From: Camelus ferus
Lineage: Eukaryota
DNA: 64,000 bases
Reading direction: 5' to 3'
Assembly: GCF_009834535.1 (NCBI RefSeq)
Contig: NC_045697.1
Coordinates: forward strand, 94,242,001 to 94,306,000
The notes under the pieces were generated by a model. It did no database searches, was not told where the DNA came from, and worked only from the letters and a program-made list of their open reading frames with translations. Of this stretch, positions 12,301-24,589 are shown one piece after another (position 1 is the first letter of the stretch; each line of letters starts with the position of its first letter). Made by a program: the position numbers and the translations under genes.

Positions 12301-15300
12301 TACTGCTTCTCTAAGCACAAATGGGTATCATACTCAAAAGCAGACACAGACTTCTCAGTACCAGAGAAACATGACTCATCCTCGGAGTGTGCAAGACTAT
12401 ACTGTACATATACTTATTATTATATCATGTTTTGACTTTGTATTATACCCAGGAGGTTTTCCTTTGGTTAGAGTATTCTACAACAGGATCTACTAGATTC
12501 TTCTGTTATTACTATACTTTCATAATTATGTTTCAGGACAAGCTTACTTTATAACAAATTCCAATATACCATACAAATAAGCACACTTTCATAAGAAAAT
12601 ACAGAATACGTGTCACTAGTAATAGCTCAAGGAGTAAACAGCTTGAGTAATCATTTGCTGTGTTGTGATACAAATTTTCATTTCTTAGCAATAGTAAGAG
12701 TTACCTACTTACATTGGGGTTCTCATTGCTAAAGAAGTGATCTAAACATAAAATATATTTTTAATATAGTCAATGTCTGTCTGGAAGCTTCATTATATAA
12801 CTGTGATTTTACACTATTGGCAAGGTTTGAAATGTAATTCAGTGACAGGAAAATTAAATTTGAATTATATTTATTCATCTTAGATTACATGTTTCAGTTT
12901 TTAATTTAGAAAAATGATCAGAATCAATCATTCCATCAAACCTAATCATAACCAGTGATATGTGGCCTATATTTAATAGTATTTTACTATTATCTTAAGT
13001 GTACATTGTTACTGTGTTTTAAAATTGGTGGATAATAAGTTTAAAAGTTTGAGGGATAATGTTTTTTAAAGGTGAAATTTTGTTATATGTCATGCTTTAA
13101 ATGTTTAAAAGTTTAATAAATAAACACTTAAATAATGACAGCCAGTTACTCCTTAGTGATTCTGCTTTCAGAAAAAAAAGCAAATGTTCTCAGATGCTTA
13201 AAGTATGCAACTATAACAATTATATGATCATTCATGCTGTGATAGAGAGTATTTTCCAGAAATAATTATGAAATCTGAAAATGCACAGGCCATATGCATT
13301 ATTTACATCATGCAGGGGATTCATACACATGCAGCAACAGAAGTGAGGCACCCATGTAATTGAGATCAGTATGATTTTCCATTTTATTGAATTCATTTCT
13401 GTTTTATTAGCAATGTGGTATCACTTTTCAACACAGATCAATATTTCATTGATTAGTTAATTAAATAAAAAATGTTGCTGCTTTTCTCAAACCAGTCACA
13501 TGCCGAGACACGGTAAGCAAGATGATTAGATATAACCGTGTGTACTAAACATGTATCCTGCAGATCTGGGATCACATGCAGCTATCTTTGGAGAATGAAA
13601 AGGTCACTTGCTTCATTATATTCCTTAGTGTCTGGCTAACATTCAAAGTTCACACATCAGACATTGAGTTGAAGTACTTATTTTCTCTATGAAAACTAAA
13701 CTTCTCAGAACTAGGGCCCAGTTAAGAAAAGCTCAATATAAATATAATTTTTTTTAGTTTTTTTCCCCATAGGCTATAACAAAACTAATAATCTAACCTA
13801 ATTAACTAAAACCCTTTAAGCCTGGCCAGGATATAAATATAAAATTATTGTCTCTGGTTATTACATTGAAAGGCATTTCCAGGTCAGCATTATAAATGCC
13901 TTGGAAAACTGTAGAAGAAGCATTGTTTCAGGGGAGATGAGATTATATTGTGATATAAACAAGTTTTAACATGTTGAAAGTAGAATACCTGCAACTGAGT
14001 GGGCAGCATTTGCTAATGGAATGTTTTCTTGCTAATATTATCTCCAGGGCCTGAATATTTCAGGGTGATAGGTAAGCTGATCTTTCCAAAATAATGTAGC
14101 TGAATAATATGCCAGAAAGAAGGATGGGGTTGTTCAAGATGAACTGGTTATGACTTTTATAATTCAGTACATGAAGAAAAAACATGTTATTTATAAAGAC
14201 AGATGTGAATGCACACTGCAGTGAATTCACTGGAAGTTTTAAATAATTTACAATGACACGTTGTGCTACAGTGTAGAGTCTAAATTTGTATTGGATTTCA
14301 GAGAGTTGCTCTCCAAGGATTCTTGCAACTCTAACAATTGGGTGGGAGGGACACTTGCTGCATGCAATTCCTGTGCCTCTATGGTCAAAGCATATTGAAA
14401 TTTTTCTCTGCCATGCCAAGCATTCTCCAAGAAGTAAGGTGAGGTTACCTGCTGAAAGCGTCTACATTTGTATGTTCAATCAATGTATCCTTGTCCTACA
14501 CATCTTTGTGACATATTTTAGTATAAATGCACCATCAGTTGTCACTGTGTCTCACATATGGTCAATCTGAACTGAAAAGAGAACAGATTTATTAGCAAAG
14601 CTGCAGACTTCTAATGCAGCTGCCAAAAGTATTTTAATGAAGTTCAATGTAGTTTTGGAACTGTAATTGTAAGTGCACTTTTTCCAGTTCTTCTTAATTT
14701 GTTCTCTCATTTCAGACTCACAATGTTCTTTTTTTTCCCACCCTGGGTAAAAACATTTATTTTACCATAAGTCTTATTTAGCAATAATCACTCAAAATTA
14801 AATAGCATTATTATCCTTTGCCTCATGCTGTACTTTTGGAATCCTGGTACTGAAATAGAAGTTACAGAAATTTCCACTGAGTGCAAAATCAATGGATGAG
14901 ATGATAATGCTTTTCTACTTTGTGATTTTTCTTTTCTTACCAACACTCCCTTGAAGTGTTTTTGGAATTCCTATGCTAAGAGCCACTATCCTTGGTCAGA
15001 AAACAAGGATACTGTGTGCCCACTGTAGAAGCAAAATGTAGTTTTTGCAGTAACTTATGGGCCCTTTTTATATCAAAGTTCGGGTGGGAATGATTTAAAA
15101 ATAACCCAGTGCTCAGAAAAATTCCAAACAGGAACTCACACTAGCATCTCTAACCTGCTATACCATGATCACTTGAACTTGATTTTCTCAAGTGCATAGC
15201 TTAGTTTGTTGCTCTGTCTTCTTCCCTTTCTTAAGGGTAGAAAACAACATGAATGGGACATCACTCACTGTTAAGGTAGGAGAGAAGCAGGGCAGCAGAA

Positions 15301-17067
15301 CTCTGGGGACTAATATGGAAAATGATAAGAGTTTGATATGATTAAACAGTAGAAACTGTTTTAGGGACCGGGAGGTAAAATTTAGGGGGAAAGGATATAC
15401 TGGTCTGTCGTCGTTAAGGAATGAAAGTGATTAGCATTTCCAAACAGTCACTTATACATAGCTGCTTATCCATCCACCCATTTATCCTTAGCAGTAGTTG
15501 TTTTTGTGGTATATTGTTTTTATGTTGTTTTATTTGTTTTACTCTCTAAATGCTTAGAAAATTGTCCTTTATTGTATTGATTAGTACTGTTGGAATTTAA
15601 GACGTTTTCTAGAGTTTATGTGACTTTCCACGGAGTCTTATGCTAACTACTCATAAATTGTAATGTAATTCAGATTACTTATGTAGTTTCATGTCTAGGG
15701 AAAAAATAATTAACATCTAAGGGCAACTGAATTGACTTGAAAATGAGTTGAACTTCAGAGTTCCGTAATTTCAATGCATTGCCTTTACTTGGGGTGCAAG
15801 ATCCACAAACATAACCAATACAGTGTTTATTAGAGTGTTTAGCACAAAATGTGTCCTATTAGTCACCCCATAAACATATTCTGTACATTACGTTAGGGAG
15901 GAAAAAAAAAAAACAAACTCACTAGCTATGCTTTATAACTCACTAGCAACATCCTTCCCAGATTCTTTCCCCTAGCACATTCTTACTCTCAGAATCCTTA
16001 AAAGTGTACTGCCTCTGATTCTACCTAAATATCAAAAATGTTTAAAATGCGATATGGCTTTGTATTCTTACTGGTCGACCGCCTATCCTGACGGCACAGC
16101 TTCCATAGTTTCCTAGCCCTTGGGAAAGCCTAAAACAAACTCTCCTCTCAGTGAAGCGTGGCCAGAAACTGGAAGGGCATAAACTGCGTCCTCTTGTGGA
16201 GTACGTGACGAACATACGCAGGTTTGGAGTTGCCTGTCACTAACTAATTTAGTTTAATCCACTAAGCACGCACTTCCTTAGCTATTACTTACCACAGTTA
16301 TAATTACACAGCAGTGGTGTGTTATTTGTTAATTGTCTATGTTCCTGATGAAAGCAGATACTTGGATCTGCTTTGCTCAGCTCCTATCTGTGGTACCTAG
16401 AAGTGCAGCTGACGCTGGTAGACACACTTTAAGAATGTTTGAATTAGTGATTGCATCTAGGACATCTGGTCTTTCAATGAGCTCGTGTGTCACCTTCCAG
16501 AGTATATATATGTTAAAATGTTGGATTTTTAATTATGGAATTAAAACTATGTTAATTAAATGCTTTAATATTATTTTATATTTAAGACTGCATTTTTTAA
16601 ACCAGAGTGAAATCATGAAGGATGCAAATTAATAGTTCTTTTTTAGTTTATTTTTCAATAAGATACAATAAAAATATTTTATAGTATCTCTTTTGATTCT
16701 GCATAAGGCACACTTACTTTGGTGCTGATCTGCTTTTATTCTCTATTTCCTACTATTGAGCTAACTCTAGTTAATTTAATTTTTAATTTAGCCATATGAA
16801 AAAATTGAAATACAAAACAATTTAATAAGAAAAAGAAAATATGTTTAATTTTTATATTATTATTTTTTCTTAGATTTCAGTTACCATTTTTAAAATAAAC
16901 CAACTTGTTTCAGCCTATTGTCCAATGAATTCAATAGCTATTTTAAAATTTATATCTCCATATATAATGACTTTTAGATAATAGTCTAAGGGTAGTCTAT
17001 AATTTTCATGGTAAATAATAATTTAAAAATGTATAAATTCTATACTGAACACTGTATACACATATTC

Positions 17068-17117
17068 TTTTTCTTTAAATTAAAAACAAATTTTTCTCTG
17101 GGGGGTAGTAATAATAT

Positions 17118-17168
<51 letters not shown>

Positions 17169-17247
17169 TAACAGAGATACTGGGGATTGAACCCAGGACC
17201 TCATGCATACTAAGCACACACTCTACCACTGAGCTGTATCCTCCCCC
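17068..17247 (-). mobile_element. tRNA-derived SINE of camelid type (Vic-1-like) with (TTTA)n tract and 7-bp TSD
   Basis: Minus strand reads GGGGAGGATACAGCTCAGTGGTAGAGTGTGTGCTTAGTATGCATGAGGTCCTGGGTTCAATCCCCAGTA (pol III A and B boxes), then (AAAT)n. TSD CATATTC at 17061-17067 and 17248-17254. Confidence 0.9.
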
Positions 17248-17430
17248 CATATTCACAGATTCTTGATGTGTTTTCTTTTATCTTCCATTCTTTGCCTTTG
17301 ACACATTTCATATATTTCTCTTAGTGTTTAGTAATGAAAGAATTATGACTATTTTTGGAAGCTAGGTGCCTTATATCGCACTGTTAAGAAGAGTATTGTG
17401 CCCTATAATGCATAAATTCAATGGTAGAGA

Positions 17431-17878
17431 TGTTATGGTTAATTTATGTGTTAACTTGGCTAAGCCATGTTGCCCAGATATTTGGTCAAACATTGCTCTG
17501 AATGTTTCTCTGGAGAGTATTTTTTGGATGAGATCAACATTTAAATGAGTAGACTTTTAGCAAAAAAGATTGCCTTCCATAATGTAAGTGGGCCTCACCC
17601 AATCAGTTAAAGGCTTTGATAGAAAAAGCCTGAGTGCCTCCCATGTGCAAGGAGGAATTCTGCCAGCAAACTGCCTTTGGACTTGAACTGAACTCTTTCC
17701 TGAGCCCTGAGTCTACTACCTACTAGCCTACCTTATCAGATTTTGGACCCACCAAGCCTCCATAATTGCATGTTAGAATTCCATCAAATCTATAAATCTT
17801 TCTCTCTCCCCCTCCACATATATATGTATATACATATGTACATTTGTATGTAGACACACATCTTGTTGATATAATACA
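17431..17878 (+). mobile_element. MLT2-type (ERVL) solo LTR
   Basis: TGTTATGGTTAATTTATGTGTTAACTTGGCTAAGCCATG..CCCAGATATTTGGTCAAACATT matches the MLT2 5' end. Ends TAATACA. Flanks AGAGA/ACAGA are a near-perfect 5-bp TSD. Confidence 0.88.
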
Positions 17879-20809
17879 ACAGATTTTACTCATATTATCC
17901 TTGAAGCAGATGTATCTGGCATTCAATAATTCAATACTATATTAGGCATTAGAGGCTATTCTAGTATATATATATTTTTGGCTCCTTCTATTCTTGCCTT
18001 GTATTTTGATATGAACCAGAAAAAAAAAAAAACAGACTTACTAAGTTTGTTGTCAACTCAGTAATTCAAGTGGGTTTTTGAAGACTCTAAATATATAAAG
18101 TTAAAAATAGATTATATGTGACAACATACTGATCAGTATTTAGGAGTAAAATTGTAAGGTACCATTATTTTATTGTGATCACTTGTTTTCACATTTCTCT
18201 TTAAAGCAGTACACTGTGAATGCTTATTAGTTTTATCCTTGCTGCCTATCTCTGGTAGTTCCCCAGGCATCTTTGTTTGACCTTGTTCATTCTACCACCA
18301 TAGTTTAAAAAGCATTTACTAGGGAGTAGTTCTATGTATTCCCCTCTTCTTTCTGTTTCGTAGCTGCTGCTGCTCTTGGTTTTAGTATGCCGGAAATAAT
18401 GTCATCATGTGCTCTGTTTTGTGTGTCTTATTTATAAGCCTTGCAATAACAAGTGCCCAATAAATATTTTATAAACTATTCAAGTCTAGCTAGAGTTTCA
18501 AATAATACGCTCTATCTGCAAGTCACATGACCAGTCCCTAAATGACAAGTATATCGATCCAATTTAAAGTGAAAAGAATCACAAATAGAGTGGGAAAAAA
18601 AAGAGAGAAAAAAACCAAGCTAAGAAATGTGGGAATAAAAGTTGGGACAATTTGTGAACAGGGCTGGAATTGCTCAAAATTTTAATTGAACATGTTAGGT
18701 AAGCTGGGCTATAAATTAACACAATTCTTCACAACAGTACACATTATATTTGTTTTCTAGCTTGTCAGTCATGTCTTTAATGTTTGCCTCCTTAGATCAC
18801 ATGTTCTAACTTTATTTAGTAACATATTCATTCATCTGTACCCATTTCCTAAGCTGTTATGGAATGGGTGTATATCTGTTTGCGCTGGTGCGGTGATTTT
18901 TGTGATGATGTCTTCCTCAGGGTACTAGATTGGTATTTTGGATCCCTCAAAAATTCCAACGTGGACTGTAGTTATGATTCATTTTTATTTGATACAAATA
19001 CCAATTTTTGATTGAAATAATCTAATATTCTGTCATTAATGGTGCAGGTGCCAAGAGTTAGAGGCAATAGCAGATGGTTTTTAAATTGCAAAATATCTAT
19101 CATGCTTCAGAGATTGAATTCTCATAATGGTGATAACGGGATGGCAGGATATATTGGCATATTTTTACCCATAGGAAGATATATGTTTTCTTGATGTAAA
19201 CATTGATTCTCAGTTTAGCCTTAGTCACTATGAATATCTGAGTCAATGAATCTTGATATTGACCTTAATAGTAATCAATTCCTACTTCATATTGCTGCAG
19301 TCATAAATCACAGTTATATGGCATTCTGGTGTTACTGTTCTCTAATTTCCCATGACATTCTCAGATCAATACCTCACTATTCACTAAATGAAGAAAACAG
19401 TTTATTCTGATAACACACGTGTAGTACATAACATTTTAAAATTATGAAGCTGATATTTAAAATTTTCTAATTCCTAAAAGACACTGCAAGATAAAATGTG
19501 ATCAAGGGAACTCATGTACCTGACACCCTTGAATCTTAAATAACTTGACTTATAATTGATGATTGATGCACATTTTTTTATTTCTAAATGTGAAGGTTAT
19601 ATAAACAAATAGATGGTTACAGTATTTTATTCAGAGACATGCCACTTAAAGCAATATTATAAATGCAAAATACTTGAAATTGAATTAAGCATTTTAAGCG
19701 GAGCCATAAAATTAGTTGTCGGAATGCAGAGTTAGAAGATAATTGCCAGATTTCAGCATCAGTATGTACCATTTTCTAAAACTTTAGAAGTGTTATGACA
19801 GTAGTTAAACTATAAAAAGCTGCACCTAGATGAAATTGACTCATCAAAAGAAATATACAGCAAAGAGACTACAGAATGGGTCTGGAAAATTAACAAGGCC
19901 TGGTGCTCTCTGCCTAAATCATTGTTACACACTAATTAGTGCTGTGCTCTGATTTGAGGCTTTAAATTTGTTCCTTTGAAGATTTTCTTAAAATTGTATT
20001 CAAAGGAAAGGCTTTTTTTTAATAAAACTGTATAATTCTTCGTTCACTTGGGAAACATAGCTTCCTCGCATAATGCTGCTTGAAAAGCAGGAGCTGACTT
20101 CTAATAGAGATGCTAATTATTAACATTCTGACATCAGCCAAAGGCTGCATTCTCTAAGACTGAAATAAAATAAGAGTGAACAAATATTTCTCCTCCATTC
20201 CCAATAAGTACTTGAAAAATTCAGTAATGTTCATTAAATACATAAATGTGAATATTAAAAATAAAGGTATTTCCCCTGTGATTTTTTATATACCGCCTGA
20301 AAAAGCAAAGCTGAAGAAAGGCATCATTATATGGCATAAAAGGGAATTCTTTGACTGTTAATTATAGTGTAAATTTATCATTATACCAGGAGAAAAGAAT
20401 GACTTCATATTTAAAACCATCAGACATGGCTGGTCACCCAAAATATAGATAGTCTAATAATTCACACAGAACAATATGGCCAAGAATAATGTAAAATGAT
20501 GAGATGCCTTAAAGTGACTTAAAAGAAAATTCTAGTAATAGTTTGTTATAAATGGAAACTTGACAGAAGAAAAGAGGGTATTTTGCATTGTCTTCTAGAA
20601 GACAGAGTAGTTGATAGGACATTTTACACAGACTTTAGCTCCATACATCTGCAAAGTACCTTATTTACTACTGTTTTTTTCCTCTACCAGTTTTCTACGT
20701 ATGCTGAATGTAATCTAGAGTCCCTTTCCTAAGCGGAGGAAGTCATCATTGACATATTAGAAAAGGAAGGATTTTGGTTGGGAGTTAAAATAATGAACTC
20801 ATTTAAACA

Positions 20810-20915
20810 TTGACTCTCTGTGTGCCCTTGGGGAATTAACTTACTTACTCAGCACTTTGCTTCCTCATCTGTGCAGTGAGTAGGGTTAGGTTGATTTCTA
20901 AATGTTTACAAATTA
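20810..20915 (+). mobile_element. MIR/MIR3 relic
   Basis: CTCTCTGTGTGCCCTTGGGGAATTAACTTA...TTTGCTTCCTCATCTGTG matches the MIR core. Confidence 0.6.
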
Positions 20916-20979
20916 TGCAGTTGAAATTAAGGCAGCTTTCACTCTGAGAAGATGAAACAGGGTTAGTGGGTAATTCTAT

Positions 20980-21492
20980 ATTGTATGAAGTTAAGCTGGA
21001 AATACATGGCATTTTCCAGAATTTTCTTCCTTGTGTGGCTTCAGATAAGGAATGACCACAAGTCCTTTGTTGGAGGTTGGGAAGAAGAAGGTGAAACAAA
21101 GGCCACTGTACTTTGAAAGTTGTCATCACTTTAAGCAGTAAGGGACGGTTGTGGAGTTTCAGCTTGTTCTAAATTTGCTCCATGGCCAGCTCTTCTCATC
21201 AATTTCTGGCCTTGCTGAGCAACTAGAGGCTTAGCTGTCAACTCACAGAGGTAGCAGCAGTTTCCGCAGCCATCTGCCCTGCCCACTTTGTGGTTCCACC
21301 CTAGCAGCTTCCTGCCGGCCCTGACTTTTTCATCTATATCAGGGCTATTTAGTGACATTTTTCTGGTCCTTTCTGGTCCTTTAGTTCTGCAGTTCCTCCA
21401 ACAATTGTATAACAACTAATTTCTATAATAAGTTACTGATTTTCTAATATCCATGGTGACCTTGATTTCCTGATGGAACCCTAATTGATATA
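20980..21492 (+). mobile_element. old ERVL-class solo LTR (LTR16/LTR33-like; subfamily uncertain)
   Basis: Start AAGCTGGAAATACATGGCATTTTCCAGAATTTTCTTCC and end GATTTCCTGATGGAACCCTAATTGATATA resemble ERVL LTR termini. Interior is GC-richer than the flanks. Confidence 0.6.
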
Positions 21493-23053
21493 CTTGGTGA
21501 ATGAATGCATCAGAGTTAGCATATTTGGAAAGGTTCATAGATAATACATATGTAATAGTTAAAAAGAAAGTAAATGCCTATATATCTTTAATTTTATAGA
21601 TCCCTTAACATTATTAGGAAAAAAACAGAATTCCTAAGTATATTTAATCTTGAAAGCAGTATTAAATCCCCATACTTTAGATTTTACATTATTACGCTTT
21701 TCTGGACTTTGCCTTATTTTTGAAACTTGATTTACATTTAACTAGTTAAATCTTAAAAGAAAAATTTGAAACAGACTTGAGTTTGATAGTCATATAAGCT
21801 AACTGAAGATAAAGAAAAATTTTGAATAGAATTAAATTTAGGGAACACTTACTAATAATGAAATGCTGTTTAGAATAGTATCAGCTTCCCTTGGTTTTTA
21901 AACACCAACTGAATGTTTCTGATTACATTAACCATCATTTTCCAAAAGTATTGTTTCATGTTTCCTTTCAAGGACTCTGGGAGGGTTTTTAGGAGTCATC
22001 ATTCAAATCTTCCCAAATCTTAGTTCCTGTTTCTTTCCATCAAAGTGTACGTGTACAATTTGTTTATTGAGAGATATGGCAGATAATTTCCTAAGAATAT
22101 TGCTAACTATGATAATTTGGGGACTTCTGGAAGCTGATGGAAACAGTAGAATGATGTGTATGTATATATATATACATATATATATCTGTTTGTGTGGTTG
22201 CCTTAACCATATATTTTTATTTATACTTTTCAAAGTCAAACCTAATGTCTGCTTATGAACCGTGACTTTCAGAGAAACTCAAACTCATGAATGAGAATTT
22301 CTGAGAAAAAGCGTGCATAATGATAGATCCTGAAATATCTGGAAATTGAGTTCACAGTTAAGGTCCCCAGTAAACTGAGGGAGTCAAAAAAGTATAATCG
22401 GAAGGCCTCAGCAGAGGCAGTGGAGGAAGGAAAAACAGGGAGACGGCCCATCTTCTTCCATCTTTTAGAAAGGTATGCAAAAAACTTCTAGGAGGCTAAG
22501 AAGTCCTCAGCCTTATCCTATCTACTGTAATGCCTATTTTTCATTTTCATTTCATTTTAATTTTTGTGAATTAAACAGTGTATTATTCTAGAAATACTGA
22601 AAGAAAAGATAAACCAGAACCCTCTCTCCCCAGATAATATACTACACCTATGCCTTACATATATTGTGGCCAATAATCTTTTTCTTTACTTGATGGGAAG
22701 TAAGGTGAGAAAAAACAAACTGGAATGGGACAGGGGAAATCTAACGGAAATGTTTTTTTCCAAGTACTTATGGCAAATGCAAATTTTCCATGATTTAGAG
22801 CCAAGACAAAACAAGTTATAAAATATTTTCATAAAGCTGATTCCTAGCTAGCACTTGGTTCCACAGCCAGGAGAGGAAAAGATAGGAATTATCCAACTCA
22901 GATGGGTTATCCAACAAACAGCTAACAAAGTCACAGGGAGGAGAACTCAAGATGAACAGCCTAAAAGGTACCAGGAGACAATAAAGAGCCACAGGTAAAC
23001 AGATGTGTGGTGTTATTATCTAGTCTCTGTAACAAAGGGTGAGAGAATAATCA

Positions 23054-24025
23054 CTGTATTTGTTAGAATTAGACTTGACTGCAAATGTTCAAAACAAAAA
23101 TCAGCAATGTAAGTAAGATATAAACTTATTTCTTGTGCAGAAGAAAGCCAAGTTTCAGAAGCCCAGAACTATTCTAATAATTCACTTTGTGGTTTTACAA
23201 AATTGTCAGTGTGGTAGACAGAATTTTGACATGACCCCCAAGAATCCTACCAGCTAGCGTACACACCCTATACAATTCTCTGGTGTAGGCAGAAACAGTG
23301 ACATTATTTTGACCAGTAGAATATGGAAAAGGTAAAGGGATTTTGCAGATGTAATTTAGATTCCTAACCAGTTGATTTTGAGATATGAAAAGGAAACATC
23401 CTTTGTGGGCCTGACTTAACTAGGTGAGCCCTTTGAAAGAGGTCCCAGACCTTTCCTTAGTTAGGGACTCGAAACAGCAGAAACAGCTCCTCCTCAGTGG
23501 AACAAACTGGCATATTACAGAGAAAGGCACAAAGCAGGAAATGGCAGCAGCCTCTAGGGGCCGAGGGCCTCAGTGCTGCAACTGCTAGGAACAGAATTTG
23601 CCAACCACCTCATGAGCTTGGAAGAGGTCCTCAAGCACCAGAGGAAACCACAGAACCAGCTGTTGCCTTGGTTATAGCCTGTGAGACAGTGAGCAGAGGA
23701 CCAGCCTAAGCCATCATAGATAGCCTCTACTTCATGATCCAAGACAGCTCCTTGACCTTTTGTCCTCATACCTCTTACGTGAAAAGTAACACAAATGAAG
23801 GATTAAAAAGAAAGAGGAGAAGGAAAAAAGTGCATCCCTTTAAGAACAGTCCCTAAATTTCAAATTTCACACACAACAATTCTGCTTACACCTCACTAGC
23901 TAGCGTACGGTCACGTGACCACATTTAGCTCAAGGATTCCTCCTTCTGGATAGTTACTGAGGGTTCTATTATTGAGAAAGAATGTGAAAATGGATATTAG
24001 GGAAAAACTAGAATTCTGTACCATA
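23054..24025 (-). mobile_element. older MaLR LTR (MLT1J/K-like), split by a second MaLR LTR
   Basis: Left piece TGTATTTGTTAGAATTAGACTTGACTGCAAATG. Right piece CTTCATGATCCAAGACAGCT...TTCTGCTTACACCTCACTAGC..GTCACGTGACCACATTTAGCT..AATGGATATTAGGG..CTGTACCATA. Confidence 0.7.
23210..23715 (+). mobile_element. MaLR LTR (MLT1D/E/F-like), 3'-truncated, nested in the older MLT1
   Basis: TGTGGTAGACAGAATTTTGACATGACCCCCAAGA; GGGATTTTGCAGATGTAATTTAG; CAGAATTTGCCAACCACCTCATGAGCTTGGAAGAGG; GCCTGTGAGACAGTGAGCAGAGGACCAGCCTAAGCC. Confidence 0.85.
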
Positions 24026-24199
24026 AATTTCAAATAATGAAAGATATTAAAGGGGAGTAGGTCGTGGGTGGGTACACCTATCCTGAATGTTACCAGAAGG
24101 GAGACCCACCATAGCAGAAAAGGTCCACAAGCAATCTGGTCATAAGGTAATAAGATTTAGAGCATTCAAGTATATTAGAAACTATCAAATGCTGAATTC

Positions 24200-24570
24200 T
24201 GCTTATGATAATAACACAAGACCTGTATTGTTTTTAACTTAAAAACGCATAAATCTAGGCAATAAAACTATCATACTCTACAAAAAATAACTAATTTCAA
24301 TCAAGTATGTCAGAAAAAAGACTGAATCATCATTCTATACATTCTAAGGGGAAAATATTGTAATATTGTTGTCATATGAAAAGATTGTCAAAGAACATGT
24401 AGCCAAAAAGTGTAAGAAAATAAAACTGTTATAGAAAGTGGGTGGACAATTAAACTAAATATGGTTGTAAATAAAAATATTATGCTATTTTTCAGATTTT
24501 GTGATATTAGTGTTATTTTCCCAGTCTAAATGTATACTTCACATGTAATTTTGATTTTCTAATTCTGTGG
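24200..24570 (+). mobile_element. hAT-Tip100 DNA transposon relic (Zaphod/MER115-like), C-terminal transposase remnant
   Basis: Translates SSMSEKRLNHHSIHS and SYEKIVKEHVAKKCKK, resembling the hAT dimerisation motif (RSTMxxERLNxLxxLSIE...YEEIIKEFAxxK). Followed by AATAAAAATATTATGCTATTTTTCAGATTTTGTGAT. Confidence 0.7.
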
Positions 24571-24589
24571 AAAAGTTTCAGTGTTGAAA

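Noticed and set aside
17175..17247. tRNA gene
   Set aside because: The tRNA-like A/B boxes are the head of a SINE with a tail and TSD.
23252..23908. Shared 11-mer AGCTAGCGTAC at 23252 and 23898
   Set aside because: It does not bound an element and does not extend; most likely coincidence.
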